Origin: an uncultured Clostridia bacterium | GTDB taxonomy: Bacteria > Bacillota > Clostridia > Christensenellales > Borkfalkiaceae | Direction of reading: 5' to 3' | Assembly (NCBI GenBank): GCA_947175325.1 | Contig: CAMWME010000007.1 | Span: 6,657 to 70,656, forward strand | Length of the DNA: 64,000 nucleotides | In this document: one piece after another, positions 1 to 8,530 of the stretch | Layout: each line of letters starts with the position of its first letter | Position numbering within the stretch: position 1 is the first letter of the stretch | Made by a program: the position numbers and the translations under genes | The notes under the pieces: generated by a model | What the model was told of the DNA's origin: nothing | What the model saw: the letters and a program-made list of their open reading frames with translations, nothing else | Databases searched by the model: none

Positions 1-2
1 CC

Positions 3-266
3 AACGGCGTTTCAAGAACGAAGTCCTTTTTTATAGGTCAGCTGTCGGGCGCAGTTGAAATCGTCGCTGGCGTAATAGGCGCGCTTGCAGTAACGGCGGT
101 AAACGGCATTCTTCCGTGGGCGCTGTCGTTTTCGGCGGGCGCTATGCTTGCCGTGGTATGCTCGGAGCTTATTCCCGAAAGCTTCGCGCAAGGAAAAGTA
201 AAGGCCACGATAGGCGTTATTTTCGGCTTTGCTTTAATGATGGTTTTAGACCTTGCTTTTGGATAA
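3..266 (+). CDS. ZIP-family divalent metal (zinc) transporter, C-terminal part; the gene begins upstream of the window
   Basis: The frame is open from the window edge to TAA at 264-266. The translation ...FSAGAMLAVVCSELIPESF...IGVIFGFALMMVLDLAFG resembles the last TM helices of ZupT/ZIP permeases. It is absent from the ORF track because there is no in-window start. The listed ORFs 38-286(-) and 116-301(+) are shadows. Confidence 0.7.
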   Translation, partial: NGVSRTKSFFIGQLSGAVEIVAGVIGALAVTAVNGILPWALSFSAGAMLAVVCSELIPESFAQGKVKATIGVIFGFALMMVLDLAFG

Positions 267-319
267 AAAATCCGATTGGTGCCCATATATGCTTTAAATA
301 ACGCTGTTTTCAGTGATTT

Positions 320-348
320 GCGCGGTGCTTTTAAAGCCCGCGCTTTTT
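320..348 (+). terminator. Rho-independent terminator after the ZIP gene
   Basis: GCGCGG (320-325) pairs with CCGCGC (338-343) and is followed by TTTTT. Confidence 0.5.
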
Positions 349-395
349 ATGTAAATTGTTTGTATAATTACTAAATTTTTCCGCAAATTAACGGT

Positions 396-1199
396 ATGGA
401 AAAAAGCAGTAACAGAAAAACCGCGATAGTCGTCGGCGGCAGTTCGGGTATCGGTTGCGAAACTTGCCTTAGGCTCGTTAATAGCGGCTGGAACGTCGTA
501 AACATTTCACGCACTCCTTGTAAAAACGTAAAGGTTGCAAACGTCACAGCGGACGTTTCAGTCGGCAACGAACTGATTGACGCAATCAAATCCGCTTGTG
601 AAAAGTATACGGTTTCAGCACTGGTGTACAGCGCCGGCTTCTCGATGGCGGCGCCCATCGAATACGCAAAAGAGCAAGATTATAAATATCTTTTCGAAGT
701 GAATTATTTCGGCGCTTTAAAAGCGGTGCAAACGGTCATTCCATTCTTTAAGAGCAAGGGCGGAAGAATAATTCTCGTCGGCTCCCTCGGCGGTGATTTG
801 CCGATAAGCTTTGACAGCTTCTATTCCTCGTCAAAAGCGGCGCTTGAAATGTTCTGCCGTTCGGCTTATTCCGAGCTTAAACCGTACGGCATCAAAGTTA
901 CGGGTCTTTTGCCGGGTGGCACGGCAACGGCGTTCACCTTCAAAAGAAAGGTGTATACCGAGGAAGAGAACAAGTCCTATTCGGGCAAAGTCAACCGTGC
1001 GGTTGCCGCGCTTGCCAATATGGAGCAAGGCGGTATGTCGCCTTCGGCGGTTGCGGAAATTATCTATAATCTTCTGATTACGGACAAGCCGCCCGTAATA
1101 AAGACATGCGGCACCAAGAATACGGTATTCCGTCTATTTTCACGCGTTATGCCCGAAAAGGTTACTCTCAGAATAAACGAAAGGATGTACAATCAATGA
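396..1199 (+). CDS. Short-chain dehydrogenase/reductase (SDR) family oxidoreductase
   Basis: N-terminal TAIVVGGSSGIGCE (TGxxxGIG-type NAD(P) loop) and a YSSSKAAL catalytic YxxxK motif. Length of 267 aa is typical. Confidence 0.85.
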   Translation: MEKSSNRKTAIVVGGSSGIGCETCLRLVNSGWNVVNISRTPCKNVKVANVTADVSVGNELIDAIKSACEKYTVSALVYSAGFSMAAPIEYAKEQDYKYLFEVNYFGALKAVQTVIPFFKSKGGRIILVGSLGGDLPISFDSFYSSSKAALEMFCRSAYSELKPYGIKVTGLLPGGTATAFTFKRKVYTEEENKSYSGKVNRAVAALANMEQGGMSPSAVAEIIYNLLITDKPPVIKTCGTKNTVFRLFSRVMPEKVTLRINERMYNQ

Positions 1200-1274
1200 G
1201 AAAGGAATTTGATTTATCCCGTAGGGATGAGCGCGAAAGCTTAATAAAAACCGCTAAAACGGGAGGGGAGAGAA

Positions 1275-1724
1275 ATGACAGGAAGAACCCGTGATAATTA
1301 TAACGAAAATTATCTTAACTACGTTAAAACGCAAGACCCGCCCACACAGCACTTCAAAAACTGTTTATCCGCATTCGGAGTCGGCGGGCTGATTTGCTGT
1401 ATAGGTCAGTTTATCCGATATATGTTTGAATACGCGGGACTTTCGGGTGACGAGCTTGCGGGCGCAACGTCCATCGTGCTCATATTTTTAGGCTGTTTTC
1501 TTACCGGTCTCGGCGTGTACGATAGAATAGGAAGATATGCGGGCGCCGGCTCGATAGTGCCCATTACGGGCTTTGCAAACAGCGTAACCTCGCCCGCAAT
1601 AGAGTTTAAAACCGAGGGCTGGATTTACGGCATGGCGGCTAAAATGTTTACGGTTGCGGGCGCGATAATCGTGTTCGGCGTATTCTCGGGCGTGCTGGTC
1701 GGGCTAGTCTATTTATTCCTATAA
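1275..1724 (+). CDS. spoVAC: Stage V sporulation protein AC
   Basis: 149-aa polytopic protein with GAGSIVPITGFANS and FGVGGLICCIGQ motifs characteristic of SpoVAC. It sits directly upstream of spoVAD. Confidence 0.9.
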   Translation: MTGRTRDNYNENYLNYVKTQDPPTQHFKNCLSAFGVGGLICCIGQFIRYMFEYAGLSGDELAGATSIVLIFLGCFLTGLGVYDRIGRYAGAGSIVPITGFANSVTSPAIEFKTEGWIYGMAAKMFTVAGAIIVFGVFSGVLVGLVYLFL

Positions 1725-1789
1725 AAATTCAATAGACCCCCACATATGCCGCAACTAACGGCATTTTAAAAAAATTTTTGTGGTAAAAT

Positions 1790-2428
1790 ATGAAGAAAGG
1801 AAACACCGTTTTTTTTAATAATTCACCTTGTATAACTTCTTTTGCGGCCGTGTGCGGTTCAAAGGAAAAGGAAGGGGTTTTAGGCAAATTCGCCGATATA
1901 ACTTTGGACGACGATATGTATGAAGAAAGCACTTTTGAAAAGGCAGAGTGCAAAATGCTTTCAACCGCAATTTCGCTTGCAATACAAAAGGGCGGCTACT
2001 TGGAAAAGGATATCGACGTTCTCTTTTCGGGCGATTTGTTAAACCAAATTATTTCCGCAAGCTTTGCGGCAAGGGACTTTAACTTCCCTTTCCTCGGTCT
2101 GTATTCGGCTTGCTCCACGATGAGTGAAAGCTTGCTTTTGGGCGCAATGCTCGTAAACGCCGGTTACGTAAACCGCGTGGTTGCGGCAACGGGCAGTCAT
2201 TTTGCTTCGGCTGAAAGGCAGTACCGCTATCCCCTTGAGCTTGGCTGTACCCGCCCCCCGCAAGCTCAGTGGACGGTAACGGGTGCGGGCGGTTGCGTTA
2301 TTTCTTCGGAGAAGAAAGGCGTTAAAATCGTCAACGGAACTATGGGTAAGGTCTGCGACTTCGGTGTAACCGACGTGAACAATATGGGGGCGGCAATGGC
2401 GCCCGCCGTTGCTATAATAGGACCATAG
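1790..2428 (+). pseudogene. spoVAD: spoVAD 5' segment: codons 1-206 are authentic (to 2407), then 6 element-encoded codons (VAIIGP) and a stop
   Basis: The translation MKKGNTVFFNNSP...GDLLNQ...LYSACSTMSES...SHFASAERQYRYPLE...NNMGAAMAPA matches the SpoVAD N-terminal two-thirds. It ends prematurely at 212 aa, against about 338 aa in B. subtilis. Confidence 0.9.
2378..2428 (+). other. attL (spoVAD-derived left arm / element-derived right arm)
   Basis: Core CCCGCCG at 2402-2408. The inferred crossover dinucleotide is CC at 2402-2403. The element-side arm carries GTTG and ACCATA motifs, mirrored in the attR element-side arm. Confidence 0.65.
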
Positions 2429-2494
2429 GCAGCTAAAACACTTTAACGCAAAAAATAAAACGGGAGGACGGAATTTTACAGTTGCCGTATCAAA

Positions 2495-2530
2495 GCGCAC
2501 GCCGCATTGTGACGGCGTGCGCTCAAATTT
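2495..2530 (+). terminator. Rho-independent terminator just inside the element's left end
   Basis: GCGCACGCCG (2495-2504) pairs perfectly with CGGCGTGCGC (2513-2522) and is followed by TCAAATTTT. Confidence 0.7.
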
Positions 2531-2584
2531 TGTCGAAATTGCACTTAAATTGCGGCTAAATACAGACATTTATCTCTGTATTTC

Positions 2585-2613
2585 TTGACTTTATCGAAGA
2601 TAAGAGTTAAAAT
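2585..2613 (+). promoter_or_regulatory. SigA-type promoter for the LbH-glmM-glmS-capD-like operon
   Basis: TTGACT (2585-2590), 17-nt spacer, TAAAAT (2608-2613). Confidence 0.55.
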
Positions 2614-2693
2614 ATTTATCTACACACTGTGCATACTATAATAGATAAATTATTATCTATTAGCCAACCAAAATTTTTAAGCGGAGCAAGTAA

Positions 2694-3350
2694 TTGAAAA
2701 CAAGCGATTTGTTCGACCTTAATCACACGCAAGCGGCGGAGTACCTTAAAGCCTTTAACCATCCGTGGGAGGCTTTAAGCGGACTTAAAGATTTCATAAC
2801 CGGTTTAGGTAAAAGCCTCGACGGCAACGCTTACGAAGAAATTTCCGAAGGCGTTTGGGTTCACAAAAGCGCAAAAATTTCCCCCACGGCGTATCTGGGC
2901 GCGCCTTGCATCGTCGGTGAAAATACCGAAGTAAGACACTGCGCCTTTATTCGCGGCAGTGCGCTAATTGGTTGCGGTTGCGTGGTTGGCAATTCAACCG
3001 AGCTTAAAAACGTAATTCTGTTCGACGGGGTGCAAGTCCCGCACTATAATTACGTCGGCGACAGCATCTTGGGCTATAAAGCCCATATGGGTGCCGGCTC
3101 GATAACCTCAAACGTCAAATCCGACAAAACGCCCGTAATTATTAAAGGCGACGGAACGGAAATAAAAACCGGCTTAAAAAAGCTCGGCGCACTTTTGGGC
3201 GACTATACGGAAGTGGGCTGTAACAGCGTTTTAAACCCCGGCACCGTAACGGGCAGAAACGTTACCGTTTATCCCTTGTCTTGCGTTCGCGGAATAATTC
3301 CCGAAAACAACATTTTAAAGACGGGCGGGAAAGTGGTTAAGAAAATTTAG
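2694..3350 (+). CDS. Left-handed beta-helix (hexapeptide-repeat) acyltransferase, GlmU C-terminal-domain-like; putative sugar-1-phosphate N-acetyltransferase
   Basis: TTG start with GGAG 7 nt upstream. Repeated [LIV]G-x4 hexapeptide pattern (IVGENTEV, IGCGCVVG, ILGYKAHMGAGS, EVGCNSVLNPGT). It sits immediately upstream of glmM and glmS. Confidence 0.6.
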   Translation: MKTSDLFDLNHTQAAEYLKAFNHPWEALSGLKDFITGLGKSLDGNAYEEISEGVWVHKSAKISPTAYLGAPCIVGENTEVRHCAFIRGSALIGCGCVVGNSTELKNVILFDGVQVPHYNYVGDSILGYKAHMGAGSITSNVKSDKTPVIIKGDGTEIKTGLKKLGALLGDYTEVGCNSVLNPGTVTGRNVTVYPLSCVRGIIPENNILKTGGKVVKKI

Positions 3351-3380
3351 AGAGAATACGAAAGCACTTCAAGGAGTACT

Positions 3381-4769
3381 ATGGGTAAATATTTCGGTAC
3401 GGACGGATTCCGCGGCGAAGCAAACGTTACGCTGACCGCCGACCATGCATATAAAGTTGGAAGATTCCTCGGCTGGTATTACGGGGAGCTTAAAAGAAGA
3501 AACGGCGACGACTCGGCTCCGAGAATCGTTATCGGCAAGGATACGAGAAGGTCGAGCTATATGTTCGAATACACCCTCATCGCGGGGCTCACCGCGTCGG
3601 GTGCGGACGCTTATATGCTCCACGTTTCCACTACGCCGTCCGTTGCATACATCGCAAGGGTGGACGAGTTCGATTGCGGAATAATGATTTCCGCAAGCCA
3701 TAACCCCTATTACGACAACGGCATCAAGCTTTTGAACTCACACGGCGAAAAGATGGACGAAGGCACCATTTCGCTTATCGAAGACTTCCTTGACGGCAAG
3801 CTTGAAGTTTTCGGTGAAAAGTGGACCGAGCTTCCCTACGGCACTAAAGAGCATATCGGCAAAACGGTGGACTTTGCGGCGGGCAGAAACCGCTATATCG
3901 GCTATCTCATTTCCCTCGGAATGTATTCGTTCCGCGGAATGAAGGTCGGGCTCGATTGTGCAAACGGCTGTGCGTGGAATATAGCAAAGTCCGTTTTTGA
4001 AGCCCTCGGCGCAACGGTTTACACGATTAACGCCGAGCCGGACGGCTTCAACATAAACGAAAACGCCGGTTCAACGCATATCGAAGGTTTGCAAAAACTC
4101 GTAAAGGAAAAGAAGCTTGACGTCGGCTTTGCATACGACGGGGACGCCGATAGGTGCCTTTGCGTCGACGAAAACGGTAACGTAGTTACCGGCGACCACA
4201 TTCTTTACGTCTACGGGCTGTATATGAAGGAACGCGGCAAGCTCGTTGGCAACACTATCGTCACTACGGTTATGTCCAACTTCGGGCTTTTCAAGGCGCT
4301 CGATGCCGCGGGAATAAAATACGTCAAAACGGCAGTGGGCGATAAATACGTCTACGAGCATATGTCCGCCCACGGCAACAGGCTCGGCGGCGAACAGTCG
4401 GGGCATATAATATTCTCCAAATACGCAACCACGGGCGACGGGATACTTACAAGCCTTAAAATCATGGAAGTCATAATGGCTAAAAAGCAGCCTCTTTCCA
4501 AGCTTGCCGAGCCGGTAAAGGTTTACCCGCAAGTGCTCGTAAACGTTCGCGTTTCCGATAAGGAAAAGGCGCAAAACGACAAGGACGTAGCTTCGGCGGT
4601 CAAAAAGATTGAAAAAAAGCTTAAATCAAGCGGCAGAATTTTAGTAAGACCTTCGGGTACCGAACCTCTTATCAGAGTAATGGTGGAGGCTGAAAGCAAG
4701 GATATTTGCAAGGCTTACGCGGAAGAAGTCGTTTCCGTGCTCCGTTCAAAGGGCTACTGTCAAGATTGA
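3381..4769 (+). CDS. glmM: Phosphoglucosamine mutase
   Basis: GTDGFRGEAN N-terminus, active-site SASHNPYYDNGIK, GDGDADR metal loop, GEQSGH sugar loop. AAGGAG RBS. Confidence 0.92.
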   Translation: MGKYFGTDGFRGEANVTLTADHAYKVGRFLGWYYGELKRRNGDDSAPRIVIGKDTRRSSYMFEYTLIAGLTASGADAYMLHVSTTPSVAYIARVDEFDCGIMISASHNPYYDNGIKLLNSHGEKMDEGTISLIEDFLDGKLEVFGEKWTELPYGTKEHIGKTVDFAAGRNRYIGYLISLGMYSFRGMKVGLDCANGCAWNIAKSVFEALGATVYTINAEPDGFNINENAGSTHIEGLQKLVKEKKLDVGFAYDGDADRCLCVDENGNVVTGDHILYVYGLYMKERGKLVGNTIVTTVMSNFGLFKALDAAGIKYVKTAVGDKYVYEHMSAHGNRLGGEQSGHIIFSKYATTGDGILTSLKIMEVIMAKKQPLSKLAEPVKVYPQVLVNVRVSDKEKAQNDKDVASAVKKIEKKLKSSGRILVRPSGTEPLIRVMVEAESKDICKAYAEEVVSVLRSKGYCQD

Positions 4770-4779
4770 GGAAAGTCAA

Positions 4780-6612
4780 ATGTGCGGCATCGTCGGATAT
4801 ATAGGTAAAAAACAAGCGGCGCCCATACTTTTGGACGGGCTTAAAAAATTAGAATACAGAGGTTACGATTCTGCGGGCATAGCTCTTATAACCCCCGCGG
4901 GTAATATAGACATTGCAAAAGCAAAGGGCAAATTAGACGTATTGGTTGAAATGACGGACGGCGGCAAGGCTATTAAAGGCATTTGCGGTATCGGGCATAC
5001 CCGCTGGGCAACCCACGGCGAGCCGAGCGAAAACAACGCTCACCCTCATTGCAACGACGAAAAAACTATCGCGGCAGTTCATAACGGCATAATTGAAAAT
5101 TATGCCGAGCTTAAAGAAAAGCTTATACGAAGGGGATATAAATTCTATTCCCAAACGGATACCGAGGTTGCGACTAAGCTCGTCGATTACTACTACAAAA
5201 AGTACGGTGAACCGCTTCGTGCTATCTCGGAGTTTGCTCTTCACGTTAGGGGCTCTTACGCCTTGGCAGTTATGTTCAAGGACTACCCCGATACTGTTTT
5301 CGCTATCCGTAAGGACAGCCCCATGATAGTTGGCGTAGCGGGCGACGACGCGTTTATCGCTTCCGACGTTCCCGCAATTTTGAAGTATACCAAAAGCGTT
5401 TACTACGTCGATAATCTTCAAATCGCACGGCTTGAAAAGGGTGGCGTTACCTTCTTTAACCTCGATGGGGAGGAAGTTTCAAAAGAAATAGTCGAAATCA
5501 CTTGGGACGCCGAGGCGGCTGAAAAGGGCGGGTATGAGCATTTTATGCTCAAAGAAATCCACGAACAGCCCAAAGTCGTAAAGGATACATTAAATTGCGT
5601 TTACCGTAACGGCGGCCTCGATTTCTCCGAAGTAGGTCTTACGGACGAAGATTTCACCAAAATAAACGGTATCACGATTGTCGGGTGCGGCTCTGCTTAC
5701 CACGTCGGCGTGGTTATGCAGTACGTTACGGAAGACTTGGCGCGCGTACCCGTTAGGGTGGAAATCGCCTCCGAATTCCGTTACCGCAATCCCGTCCTTA
5801 ACGGGGAGCTCGTTATCGCCATAAGCCAAAGCGGTGAAACGGCAGATACGCTTGCGGCGGTCAAAGCGGCAAAGGAAAACGGGCTTAAAACTCTTGCAAT
5901 AGTCAACGTGGTGGGCTCGTCCATCGCGCGTGAAGCCGACTACGTTTTCTACACCAAGGCGGGCCCCGAAATTTCGGTTGCCACGACTAAGGCTTACAGC
6001 GCACAGCTCGTTGCGGGGTACGCGTTTGCAATAAAACTCGCTTACCTTCGTGCAAAAATTGATAAAAACGGTTATGCGGAGCTTCTCAACCAGCTTTCCG
6101 CACTTCCCGAAAAGATAGAATTGCTGTTGAACAGCAAAGAACAAATTCAAAAGTTTGCGGCAAAAACCATGGATAGGAAGGACGTTTTCTTCATTGGCAG
6201 AGGCGCAGACTATGCTGCAAGCATAGAGGGAAGCTTAAAGCTCAAAGAAATAAGCTATATCCATTCTGAGGCTTACGCCGCTGGCGAACTCAAACACGGC
6301 ACCATAAGCCTTATCGAGGACGGAACGCTCGTTTTGGGTATTCTCACTCAGATAAACCTTGCTGAAAAAACTTTAAGCAACCTCTTTGAAACGTCAACCC
6401 GCGGAGCTATAATCGCGGCTATTGCCGCAGAAAACGTTAAATTACCCGCCGACGGCCTTGATTTCGTTTTCCGAATCCCCGACGTTGACGAGCATTTCGC
6501 CCCCAGCCTTGCGGTAATTCCCTTGCAGTTCTTTGCGTATTACCTCAGCGTTTTAAGGGGTAACGACGTGGACAAGCCTCGCAATTTAGCCAAAAGCGTT
6601 ACCGTCGAGTAA
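4780..6612 (+). CDS. glmS: Glutamine--fructose-6-phosphate aminotransferase (isomerizing)
   Basis: N-terminal MCGIVGY nucleophile Cys, two SIS domains (GCGSAYH, SQSGETADT), and C-terminal ...NLAKSVTVE typical of GlmS. Length 610 aa. Confidence 0.95.
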   Translation: MCGIVGYIGKKQAAPILLDGLKKLEYRGYDSAGIALITPAGNIDIAKAKGKLDVLVEMTDGGKAIKGICGIGHTRWATHGEPSENNAHPHCNDEKTIAAVHNGIIENYAELKEKLIRRGYKFYSQTDTEVATKLVDYYYKKYGEPLRAISEFALHVRGSYALAVMFKDYPDTVFAIRKDSPMIVGVAGDDAFIASDVPAILKYTKSVYYVDNLQIARLEKGGVTFFNLDGEEVSKEIVEITWDAEAAEKGGYEHFMLKEIHEQPKVVKDTLNCVYRNGGLDFSEVGLTDEDFTKINGITIVGCGSAYHVGVVMQYVTEDLARVPVRVEIASEFRYRNPVLNGELVIAISQSGETADTLAAVKAAKENGLKTLAIVNVVGSSIAREADYVFYTKAGPEISVATTKAYSAQLVAGYAFAIKLAYLRAKIDKNGYAELLNQLSALPEKIELLLNSKEQIQKFAAKTMDRKDVFFIGRGADYAASIEGSLKLKEISYIHSEAYAAGELKHGTISLIEDGTLVLGILTQINLAEKTLSNLFETSTRGAIIAAIAAENVKLPADGLDFVFRIPDVDEHFAPSLAVIPLQFFAYYLSVLRGNDVDKPRNLAKSVTVE

Positions 6613-6646
6613 AAATATAAACTCACTTAATTTAGGAAAAAGATAA

Positions 6647-8476
6647 ATGAAAAACAGATATATGAAATTTAAAGAAGTAGCCATACTCGCCGCGTGTGAT
6701 TTTGCCGCCATAACGGTGGCGGTCTTGTTGTCGCTTTTAACGGCTAACGGCGCGGTTGACTTCTGCCTCGAGCTTTTATATTGGTATCTTTTAAATCTCG
6801 CTGTAGGGTACCTGTTCTTTGCGCTGTTCAGACTGTATTTTATCGTGTTTACGTCCGTTGGTATCGTCGATACGTTAAAAACGGTAGGCGCGGCGGTATG
6901 TATTCTTGCGGCAAATATCGGTTTTTCGTTTATTTTTGACATAGTCAACTTGCGCGTTTGCGGCGCTTACGCCACGTTTTTAGCAGTGCTGGTTCTTATC
7001 ATAAGGTTTTCTAAACGCTTCTACGTTGCGGTAAGGTATTCTTTTTCAAGCAAGAACAAAAGCAAAGTAAGGGCAATGATAGTGGGCGGCGGTAACGCGG
7101 GCACTATGCTTATTAGGGAAATTCTCACTACGGACAAAATAACTTATCTTCCCGTGTGCGTAATCGACGACGACCCCAACAAAATCGGTAAAAATATTTA
7201 CAACGTAAAAATCGTCGGCAATACGGAAAAAATCCCCGAACTTGCCGAAAAGTACTCCATTGACGAAATTTTAATCGCTATGCCCTCGGTGCCCAAAGCG
7301 GAAATAAAACGCATCTACGACATCTGCGAAAATACGAAGTGCAAGGTTAAAACCCTCCCCGGTATCTATCAGATAGTCAACGGCGATGCAAGCGTAACCG
7401 CCCTCAGAGAGGTGCAGATTTCCGACCTTTTGGGAAGGGACCAAATCAAAGTCAACCTCGACGAAATTATGGGCTATATCGAAAACCGCACCGTCCTAGT
7501 TACGGGCGGAGGCGGCTCGATAGGAAGCGAGCTTTGCCGCCAAATCGCAACTCATTCCCCCAAACAGCTTATTATTCTCGATATTTACGAAAACAACGCG
7601 TACGACATCGAGCAAGAGCTTAAACGCCGTCACCCCGAACTCAACTTGCTCGTTTTAATAGCAAGTATAAGGGACGTAGGCAAACTGGAGGACGTATTCA
7701 AAAAGTACTCACCCGAAATAGTGTTCAACGCCGCGGCGCACAAGCACGTGCCGTTGATGGAAACCAGCCCTAACGAAGCGGTTAAAAACAACGTTTTCGG
7801 TACGCTGAATATGGCAAGGTGCGCCGATAAATTCGGCTCTAAGGTGTTCGTACAGATTTCAACGGATAAAGCCGTCAACCCCACGAATATTATGGGCGCG
7901 ACCAAGCGTATCTGTGAAATGATAATTCAAACCATAGGTAAACACAGCAAACAGACCAAGTTCGTTGCCGTCCGTTTCGGTAACGTTCTCGGCTCAAACG
8001 GCTCGGTTATTCCTCTCTTTGAAAAACAGATAGCGGAGGGAGGCCCCGTCACCGTTACGCACAAGGATATAATCAGATACTTTATGACTATACCCGAGGC
8101 GGTTTCCCTCGTATTGCAAGCGGGTGCCTACGCGCAAGGCGGGCAGATCTTCGTCCTCGATATGGGCGAGCCGGTAAAGATTTACGACTTAGCTTACAAC
8201 CTTATTAAGCTTTCGGGACTTGAACCGAACGTGGATATAATGATAGAATGTACGGGTTTGCGTCCCGGTGAAAAGCTGTATGAGGAAAGGCTTATGGACG
8301 AGGAGGGTATGCAAAAGACTCCCAACGGTCTTATAAGCATAGCAAACCCCATAGCTCTTGACGAGGAAAACTTGTGGTCAACCTTGGATAAGCTCAAAAA
8401 GGCGGCTTACGACGAAACCCCCGATATGAAGAATTTGGTATCTAAGCTCGTAACGACCTACAAACCTCAAAATTAA
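6647..8476 (+). CDS. Membrane-anchored polysaccharide biosynthesis protein, CapD/PglF/WbpM-like nucleotide-sugar 4,6-dehydratase
   Basis: N-terminal TM helices, two Rossmann motifs (VGGGNAGT and VTGGGGSIGSEL), and the FVQISTDKAV...ATKR pattern of extended SDR dehydratases. Confidence 0.85.
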   Translation: MKNRYMKFKEVAILAACDFAAITVAVLLSLLTANGAVDFCLELLYWYLLNLAVGYLFFALFRLYFIVFTSVGIVDTLKTVGAAVCILAANIGFSFIFDIVNLRVCGAYATFLAVLVLIIRFSKRFYVAVRYSFSSKNKSKVRAMIVGGGNAGTMLIREILTTDKITYLPVCVIDDDPNKIGKNIYNVKIVGNTEKIPELAEKYSIDEILIAMPSVPKAEIKRIYDICENTKCKVKTLPGIYQIVNGDASVTALREVQISDLLGRDQIKVNLDEIMGYIENRTVLVTGGGGSIGSELCRQIATHSPKQLIILDIYENNAYDIEQELKRRHPELNLLVLIASIRDVGKLEDVFKKYSPEIVFNAAAHKHVPLMETSPNEAVKNNVFGTLNMARCADKFGSKVFVQISTDKAVNPTNIMGATKRICEMIIQTIGKHSKQTKFVAVRFGNVLGSNGSVIPLFEKQIAEGGPVTVTHKDIIRYFMTIPEAVSLVLQAGAYAQGGQIFVLDMGEPVKIYDLAYNLIKLSGLEPNVDIMIECTGLRPGEKLYEERLMDEEGMQKTPNGLISIANPIALDEENLWSTLDKLKKAAYDETPDMKNLVSKLVTTYKPQN

Positions 8477-8490
8477 ATTAAACCAAACTA

Positions 8491-8520
8491 AAAGCGGCTT
8501 GCACGTTTGCAAGCCGCTTT
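8491..8520. terminator. Bidirectional terminator between convergent genes
   Basis: GCGGCTTGCA (8494-8503) pairs with TGCAAGCCGC (8508-8517), flanked by AAA and TTT runs. Confidence 0.7.
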
Positions 8521-8530
8521 AAATTTCGTT

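Noticed and set aside
1200-1274. Possible SigG promoter upstream of spoVAC.
   Set aside because: CTTAATA resembles the CATnnTA -10, but no GnATR -35 lies at a 17-18 nt spacing. It is not supportable without a weight matrix or comparative data.
1732-1750. The 19-nt motif ATAGACCCCCACATATGCC in the spoVAC-spoVAD spacer recurs with one mismatch at 28426-28444, upstream of mfd.
   Set aside because: By rough estimate, one 18/19 match between two sites in 64 kb on both strands is about what chance gives. I found no third copy and no shared secondary structure.
2482-2559. A 25-codon TTG-initiated ORF just inside attL, as a possible small element protein.
   Set aside because: The RBS-like GGGAGG is 14 nt away. 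The ORF is largely made of the two arms of the 2495-2522 terminator hairpin.
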